A stretch of 20,985 bases of DNA from Candidatus Eiseniibacteriota bacterium (GTDB taxonomy: Bacteria; Eisenbacteria; RBG-16-71-46): assembly GCA_031366795.1 (NCBI GenBank), contig JANLOX010000471.1, forward strand, positions 1-20,985, written 5' to 3'. Both the position numbers and the translations under genes were made by a program. Position 1 is the first letter of the stretch. Each line of letters opens with the position of its first letter. Below, in pieces: positions 15,262-20,985 of this stretch. The notes below the pieces were generated by a model, which made no database searches, was not told the DNA's origin, and worked only from the letters and a program-made list of their open reading frames with translations.

Positions 15262-15867
15262 TTAGCTCGGTGCGGAGACTTCGTTGCCTCGATCGATCAC
15301 GACCGACGTTGCCTTGAGCCTGGGTGCCGGTTCGAACGACGCTGGCGTGATGGCGATCATCACGCGCGCGGGCCCCGCCCCGGCGTTCTCCACGGCATGT
15401 GGCGTGCGGCCGTCGTAGTGACACGAATCACCCGGCTTGAGTTCGATGCGGTGTTCGCCCCCGGCGACGGTCACGAGACCGTCGAGGCACACGACGCATT
15501 CCTCGCCATGGTGGTAGTCCCGCTCGGTGCGGGCAGAGCCGCCGGGCGGGATGGTGGTCATCAGTATTTCGAGGTTCCGCCGCGGTTGAGCGGTCAGGAC
15601 CTCGACGTGGATGGGTGCGCCGTTTGTGCCTTTGAGGCGGTCACTTTCACGGACGATGTGAGGAGCGGAATCGTCCTCGACGACCAGGTAAGCGACGGAC
15701 GTGTTGAGCGCACGTGCCAAGTCCCTGAGGGTCGCAAGCGAGGGCGAAGTGCGCTCGTTTTCGACCTGACTGATGAATCCCTTCGATAGCCCGCTCAATT
15801 CAGCGAGCTGCTGGACCGTGAGTCCTCGACGAAACCTCAGATCACGGATCTTCTTCCCAAGGTGCAT
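15262..15867 (-). CDS. XRE-family HTH regulator with C-terminal cupin domain
   Basis: LGKKIRDLR...LAELSGLSKGFISQVENERTSPSL and cupin HHGEE...LKPGDS.HY....PH..EN; AGGAGG SD. Confidence 0.95.
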   Translation of the reverse strand: MHLGKKIRDLRFRRGLTVQQLAELSGLSKGFISQVENERTSPSLATLRDLARALNTSVAYLVVEDDSAPHIVRESDRLKGTNGAPIHVEVLTAQPRRNLEILMTTIPPGGSARTERDYHHGEECVVCLDGLVTVAGGEHRIELKPGDSCHYDGRTPHAVENAGAGPARVMIAITPASFEPAPRLKATSVVIDRGNEVSAPS

Positions 15868-15906
15868 GTTCCAACCTCCTGGAGGTGCGGAGGGCCGAGG
15901 TGATGT

Positions 15907-15941
15907 TTAGTCATGCTAAGCCAAATTCATTCTAGTGTCAA
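15907..15941 (-). promoter_or_regulatory. sigma70 promoter of the XRE-cupin gene with overlapping palindrome
   Basis: Minus strand TTGACA (15941-15936), 17 bp, TAGCAT (15918-15913). TTAG-N5-CTAA inverted repeat at 15907-15919. Confidence 0.7.
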
Positions 15942-17778
15942 CTATTTGTGAGATCGGTGTTTGCGAGGATTCCTCGTCATCTGTTGAGGCCGACCGGGCC
16001 CGCGAAGCCGCGCTCCCACCGAGCGCCGTAAGTTCATACAGGCGAGCGTAAAGGCCGCCCAACGCCAACAGTTCCGCGTGGGTTCCCGTCTCGCGGACGC
16101 GGCCCCGGTGGAGGACCACGATCCTGTCGACATCGAGGATGGTCGAGAGCCGGTGTGCGATCACCAAACTCGTCCGGTTGCCCATCAATCGGTGCAACGC
16201 CGCCTGGATGTGCTGCTCGGTGTGGGTGTCGACGGCGGAGGTGGCCTCGTCCAGCACCAGCAGGCCGGGATCGCGCGCCAGCGCCCGGGCGAACGACAGC
16301 AATTGGCGCTGGCCGGCGGACAGCGTCGAGCCGCGTTCCATGACCGGCGCGTCGTAGCCGCCGGGGAGCGCGCGGATGAAATCGTCGGCGTGCACATCGG
16401 TGGCCGCGCGCTCGATGGTCGCGCGCGTGATCGCGGGATCGCCGAGGCTGACGTTCGAAGCAATGGTGCCCGAGAACAGGAACACGTCCTGGAGCACGAG
16501 CCCGATGCGGCGGCGCAATGCGCGAGCGTCCCAGTCCTTGAGCGGGATGCCATCGACGCGGATTTCGCCCTGCTGCGGTTCGTAGAAGCGCAGCAGCAGG
16601 CTGATCAGCGTGCTCTTGCCGGAGCCCGTGGCCCCGACGAGGGCGACGCGTTCGCCTGCGCCCACGCTGAAGGAGACGTCGTCGATCACGCGGTGATCTT
16701 CCTGGTAGGCGAAGCTGACGTGGTCGAACTCAATGCTCCCCGGTGCCGGTCCCACGGGCGTTTGAACGCCAGGCGTGTAGGTCGCGTCCTCGGGCGTGTC
16801 GAGCAGGCCGAAGATACGCTCCGAAGACGCCATCGCCTGCTGCAGCGTGTTGTACTTCTCGCTCAGGTCCGAGATCGGGCGGAAGAACCGCTGCGTGTAC
16901 TGGATGAACGCCACCAGCGTGCCGAGCGTGATGCCCGTCCACATCACCTGGCGGCCGCCGTACCACACGATCAGCGAGACGGCGGTGGCGCCGACCAGGT
17001 CGAGCGCGGGGAAGAACAGCGCGTAGTAGAACACCGAGGTGAGGTTGGCGTCGCGGTGGCTCGCGTTCAAGCGGCGGAACTCCGCGGCGTTGTGTGGCTC
17101 GCGATTGAGCAACTGAACCGTGCCGACACCGGAGATGTTCTCGTTGAAGAAGGCGTTGAGCCGTGCCAGCCGGGTGCGCACCTCGCGGAACGAGCGGCGC
17201 ACCTTGGCGCGGAACACCAGCGTGACGATCACGATCAGCGGCAGCACGGAGAACGCGACCAGCAACAACTCGGCGTTGAGGTTGACCATCGCGATGATGA
17301 CGCCGACCACGGTGAAGGCATCGCCCACCGCCGACACCATGCCGGCGCTGAACAACTCGTTCAACGTGTCGACGTCGCTGGTGACGCGCGTCATCAGCCT
17401 GCCTATCGGGTTCTTGTCGAAGAACGCGACGGGCAGCCGCTGCAGGTGGTCGAACAGCGAGCGCCGCAGGTCGTGCATCACCGACTGGCCGACCCGCTGC
17501 ATGACCTGGGTGTGCAGGTAGCCGAGGCCGAAGCCGATCAGCAACATCGAGACGTACGCGATCGCGACCAGGTCGAGATGCGCGGGGTCGTGGTGGCGGA
17601 TGCCGTTGTCGATCGCTTCCTTCGTGAGGTAGGGGCCAACGAGGCCGACCGCCGCGTCCGCCATTACGATCGCCACCGCGAACCACACCTGACCGCGGTA
17701 AGGCCGCAGGAAGCCCAGCAGCCGCCGCATCAAGCGGTGGTCGTAGCCGCGAGTGTGCAGTTCGTCGTCGTGGCTCAC
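15916..17778 (-). CDS. ABC exporter fused permease/ATPase (MdlB/YheH-like subunit)
   Basis: TMD followed by GATGSGKST, LSAGQRQ (degenerate signature), LDEATSAVD and IAHRLST. Confidence 0.95.
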   Translation of the reverse strand: MSHDDELHTRGYDHRLMRRLLGFLRPYRGQVWFAVAIVMADAAVGLVGPYLTKEAIDNGIRHHDPAHLDLVAIAYVSMLLIGFGLGYLHTQVMQRVGQSVMHDLRRSLFDHLQRLPVAFFDKNPIGRLMTRVTSDVDTLNELFSAGMVSAVGDAFTVVGVIIAMVNLNAELLLVAFSVLPLIVIVTLVFRAKVRRSFREVRTRLARLNAFFNENISGVGTVQLLNREPHNAAEFRRLNASHRDANLTSVFYYALFFPALDLVGATAVSLIVWYGGRQVMWTGITLGTLVAFIQYTQRFFRPISDLSEKYNTLQQAMASSERIFGLLDTPEDATYTPGVQTPVGPAPGSIEFDHVSFAYQEDHRVIDDVSFSVGAGERVALVGATGSGKSTLISLLLRFYEPQQGEIRVDGIPLKDWDARALRRRIGLVLQDVFLFSGTIASNVSLGDPAITRATIERAATDVHADDFIRALPGGYDAPVMERGSTLSAGQRQLLSFARALARDPGLLVLDEATSAVDTHTEQHIQAALHRLMGNRTSLVIAHRLSTILDVDRIVVLHRGRVRETGTHAELLALGGLYARLYELTALGGSAASRARSASTDDEESSQTPISQIVDTRMNLA

Positions 17779-19520
17779 GAGGCCTCGATCTCATCTTCCA
17801 GCTGCTGCGCGCGCGCCAGCCGCGCGTAGCGCCCGCCGAGTGCCACGAGTTCGTCGTGATGCCCGCGCTCGGCGATGCCGCCATCCTCGAGCACCAGGAT
17901 CAGGTCGGCCTCCCGCACCGAACTGACGCGATGCGACACGATCAGCGTGGTGCGGCTGCGCGTATGCGCGTGCAGCGCCGATAGGATGCCGGCTTCGGTC
18001 TGGGTGTCGACGCTCGAGAGGCAGTTGTCGAACAGCATCACGCGGCTGTCGAGGATCAGCGCGCGCGCGATGCAGGCGCGCTGACGCTGGCCGCCCGACA
18101 GCGTAATGCCGCGCTCGCCCACGAGCGTGTCGTAGCCCTTGGGGAAGCGGCGCACTTCATCGTCGAGTTGCGCCAGCACGGCGGCGTGTTCGATCGCCTC
18201 GCGCGGCGCTTCGGGCGAGCCGTAGGCAATGTTGTTGGCCACCGTCTCGGAGAACAGCACGTGCTCCTGGGTGGCGAAAGCAATGTTCGTGCGCAACCAC
18301 GCGAGGTCGTACTCGCGCACATCGTGGCCGTCGAGGAACACCGTCTGCGGCGGCGGGTCGAACACGCGTGGCAACAGCGACAGCAATGTGCTCATGCCCG
18401 ATCCCGTGCGCCCCACCAAGGCAACCGTGGAGCCAGCGGGCACGCGGAACGACACGCCGCGCAGGGCGGGAGTGGCGGAGCCAGGATAGGTGAAGGTCAG
18501 CTCGCGAAATTCGAGTTCGCCGCGACAGCTTTCCGGCGCCAACGCATCAGGCGGGCTCGTGATTCCAGGATCGAGGTCGAGAATCTCGACGATCCGCCCG
18601 AACGACGCCATGCCACGCTGGAACAGGTTGATCACCCAGCCGAGCGCATAGACGGGAAAGTTCAGCATGCCAAGATAAGCGGTGAACGCCACGAACTGGC
18701 CGAGTGTGATGTGACCGCTGAGCACCTCGCGGCCGCCGAGATAAAGGCCCAGCATGGCCGCCAGCCCTGACAGCAACGCCAGCAGGGGGTGGAACATCGC
18801 GGAGGACTTGATCAGCGCGAGGTTCTGGCGGACGTAGTCCTGGTTCAGCGTTTCGAACGCGGCGAGCTCAGACTCCTCGCGCGCGAACGCCCGCACCACG
18901 CGCACGCCGGCGAGGTTCTCCTGCACGCGCGAGGAGATGGCGGCGAAGCGCGCCTGGATCTGCTCGAAGCGGCGATGGATGCGGCCGCCGAACACCCATA
19001 CGGTCAGGCTGACGAACGGCAGCGGCAGCGTCGCGTACAGGGTGAGCCGCGGGCTGATGGCGAGCATGAAGCCGATGGACACGACCACGCCCACGATGGT
19101 GTTGATGAGGTACATGAAGCCCGGGCCGACCATCATGCGCACGGCGGCGAGGTCGGTGGTGGCGCGCGACATGAGATCACCGGTCGAGCGCGTCTGGAAG
19201 GTGCCGAGGGGGAGCTTGAGCAGGTGCTCGAACAGGTCGTTGCGCAGGTCGAACTCGATGTGACGCGACTTGGCGATCACCGTCTGCCGCATGAAATAGC
19301 TGAAGGTGCCGGCGACGACCGAGATGCCGAACAGGATCAGCGCGTAGCGGCCGAGCTTTTCGGCCATGACGCCGCGGTAGAGGTCATCGACCGCGAGCTC
19401 GAGCACCTTGGGTTGCGCCAGCGCCACCACTCGCGCCAGCGCGATACACACGCCGCCCACGGCGAGTCCGCCGCGGTAGCGCGCGAGGTAGGGGAGCAGA
19501 CGGGAGTGCATGGCTCGCAT
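17775..19520 (-). CDS. ABC exporter fused permease/ATPase (MdlA/YheI-like subunit)
   Basis: TMD followed by GRTGSGMST, GERGITLSGGQRQR, FDNCLSSVD and VSHRVS. GTGA overlap with the partner gene. Confidence 0.95.
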   Translation of the reverse strand: MRAMHSRLLPYLARYRGGLAVGGVCIALARVVALAQPKVLELAVDDLYRGVMAEKLGRYALILFGISVVAGTFSYFMRQTVIAKSRHIEFDLRNDLFEHLLKLPLGTFQTRSTGDLMSRATTDLAAVRMMVGPGFMYLINTIVGVVVSIGFMLAISPRLTLYATLPLPFVSLTVWVFGGRIHRRFEQIQARFAAISSRVQENLAGVRVVRAFAREESELAAFETLNQDYVRQNLALIKSSAMFHPLLALLSGLAAMLGLYLGGREVLSGHITLGQFVAFTAYLGMLNFPVYALGWVINLFQRGMASFGRIVEILDLDPGITSPPDALAPESCRGELEFRELTFTYPGSATPALRGVSFRVPAGSTVALVGRTGSGMSTLLSLLPRVFDPPPQTVFLDGHDVREYDLAWLRTNIAFATQEHVLFSETVANNIAYGSPEAPREAIEHAAVLAQLDDEVRRFPKGYDTLVGERGITLSGGQRQRACIARALILDSRVMLFDNCLSSVDTQTEAGILSALHAHTRSRTTLIVSHRVSSVREADLILVLEDGGIAERGHHDELVALGGRYARLARAQQLEDEIEAS

Positions 19521-19564
19521 GGCGCTCTCCCCGCAGCCGGCGCGTTACGCCGGTCCGCCAGGGG

Positions 19565-20425
19565 TCAGGGCTGCGTTTTGTTGCCGAGCAACCCCTGCAG
19601 GCGGTTGTGCTTCGACTTGCGGAAGGCCATGCCGACGTAATAGCCGTCGCTGTGCAGGGCGCCACGGCCGGAAGCTATATGCTGCGATCCCGCGAATACA
19701 TCCAGCCGGTCGTCGATGCGGTAGCGCAATTCGGGGCCCACGGTCTGGAGGCGGTAATCATCGAAAGCGAGGGCGCTTCCACCGAGCAATTGCGCATACT
19801 CGTAATTGCCCAACAGCAGGACGGAGGAGCCGATCCATGCGCCCACCTGCGCTTGTGCTCCGGCCTGTCCGCGGCCGGACTTGAACGGGGACAGGTAGGA
19901 ACCGGCCGCCTCGAGGAATGCGTTCAAGCTGGGAAAAGTCTTGCCGTACCACAGCCGTCCGCGCCAGACCTGCTTGCCCGAGCCCAGCGGGGCGAGCGTC
20001 GTCGTCTGGTAGCCGAGCGGGACGATGATGCCTGCCTCGGCAGCGAGCGCCGTCGCACCATCCATCAGCTTGTACTTGAAGCCGAAATCGAGGTCGCCGA
20101 AGCCGGTCTCCGTCTGCTGGACGCCGATCCCGCGCAAATTCGTGGTCGCGCTGGTGATCGGCATGCCCATCGCCACGCTGAGGTGCGTCTTCCAGCCCAG
20201 TTCGGTGTGGAACGCCAACTCGCGCCGTTCGAACCTGCCCCCCGCCGGCACGGTGAAGCGGGCACCCGCCGAGTCGTAGTAGGTGTCGCTGAAATTCCTG
20301 AAGGCGTACATCTCGCTGTAGTACTCGCCGCGGGCAGGAGTCCACGCACCGGCGGCCGCAAGGCACGGCAATAGGCTGGCGGCAGCGGCCAGCATGGCAA
20401 CCAGCACGGCGCGATTGCGCAACAT
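19565..20425 (-). CDS. secreted hypothetical protein, probable outer-membrane beta-barrel
   Basis: Signal peptide ending AAAGA-W, alternating aromatic/Gly beta-strand pattern, GFGDLDFGFKY; GAGGAGG SD. Confidence 0.75.
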   Translation of the reverse strand: MLRNRAVLVAMLAAAASLLPCLAAAGAWTPARGEYYSEMYAFRNFSDTYYDSAGARFTVPAGGRFERRELAFHTELGWKTHLSVAMGMPITSATTNLRGIGVQQTETGFGDLDFGFKYKLMDGATALAAEAGIIVPLGYQTTTLAPLGSGKQVWRGRLWYGKTFPSLNAFLEAAGSYLSPFKSGRGQAGAQAQVGAWIGSSVLLLGNYEYAQLLGGSALAFDDYRLQTVGPELRYRIDDRLDVFAGSQHIASGRGALHSDGYYVGMAFRKSKHNRLQGLLGNKTQP

Positions 20426-20597
20426 GTCGAAACAGCCTCCTCAAGAATGTCCGCTCGTCAACGATTCGGCGGAGACTAATCGTCCCGGCGGCTGCGACGC
20501 AAGCGGATGGAACCGGCGTCAACCCTTGCACTAACGGGGCTTTCCCTGGGGCCGCCGCGCAAGCGGGGGGAGCCGCGAGATGGGACCGCGTCCCGGA

Positions 20598-20985
20598 CTA
20601 CAGGGGATCGGCGTTGAACGTATCGCCCTTCGACAGGTCGCCCGTCTCGTAGCCCAGCCTGAACCAGAGCGCCCGTTGCTCCGAGGTGCCGTGCGTGAAG
20701 GAGTCGGGGACGATGCGGCCCTGCGCCTGCATCTGCAGGCGGTCGTCGCCGATGGCGTGGGCGGCGTTGAGCGCCTCATCGATGTCGCCGGACTCGAGCA
20801 CATGGCGCATCTCCTGGGCGTCGTGGGCCCACACGCCGGCGAAGAAGTCCGCCTGCAGCTCGAGCCGCACGGACAGCGCGTTCGCCTGCGTCTTGCTCGA
20901 GCGCTCCTGCGCCGCAATCACCTTGTCGCTGATGCCCAGCTGCTTCTGCACGTGGTGGCCTATTTCATGGGCGATAACGTAGGCC
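20598..20985 (-). CDS. neutral zinc metallopeptidase (YpfJ-like), 3' part
   Basis: My translation from the window edge gives [13 protein letters not shown] (HExxH), then [19 protein letters not shown] and [12 protein letters not shown]. Confidence 0.93.
   Translation of the reverse strand, partial: AYVIAHEIGHHVQKQLGISDKVIAAQERSSKTQANALSVRLELQADFFAGVWAHDAQEMRHVLESGDIDEALNAAHAIGDDRLQMQAQGRIVPDSFTHGTSEQRALWFRLGYETGDLSKGDTFNADPL

Noticed and set aside
15907..15919. Second MntR box upstream of the XRE gene
   Set aside because: Spacing is TTAG-N5-CTAA versus TTAG-N6-CTAA in the mntR operator; more likely the XRE protein's own site.
16078..17829. Long antisense ORFs (also 397-1173, 1850-3241, 4677-5549, 11290-12417, 18789-19640)
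   Set aside because: Shadow ORFs opposite well-supported genes, expected from high-GC codon bias; no recognisable motifs.

Overview
High-GC bacterial window. Two secreted proteins with FlgD-Ig/T9SS-like C-terminal domains and one ending in a 'SWGxLKxxxR' tail suggest an FCB-related lineage such as Ca. Eisenbacteria (inference only). Left to right it holds: the 5' end of a 2-oxoacid dehydrogenase E1-beta gene; a divergent mntR-mntH(+USP) manganese operon with a perfect 18-bp palindromic operator; a hypothetical protein; an alpha/beta hydrolase; a CDF transporter; a secreted protein; a GT-C-like membrane protein; a deacetylase-like protein; and a secreted beta-propeller. The right part has a small membrane protein, an MFS transporter, an XRE-cupin regulator, a heterodimeric ABC exporter pair, a probable outer-membrane protein and a partial YpfJ-type metallopeptidase. 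The most notable feature is a 2308-bp non-autonomous IS21-derived element (10956-13263). It has 35-bp TG...CA imperfect inverted repeats, a 6-bp target duplication (CCTGAT) and a deleted, frameshifted istB remnant. It carries an intact FG-GAP beta-propeller passenger gene bracketed by two 113-bp, highly structured direct repeats, an arrangement resembling a repeat-duplicating gene-cassette capture.
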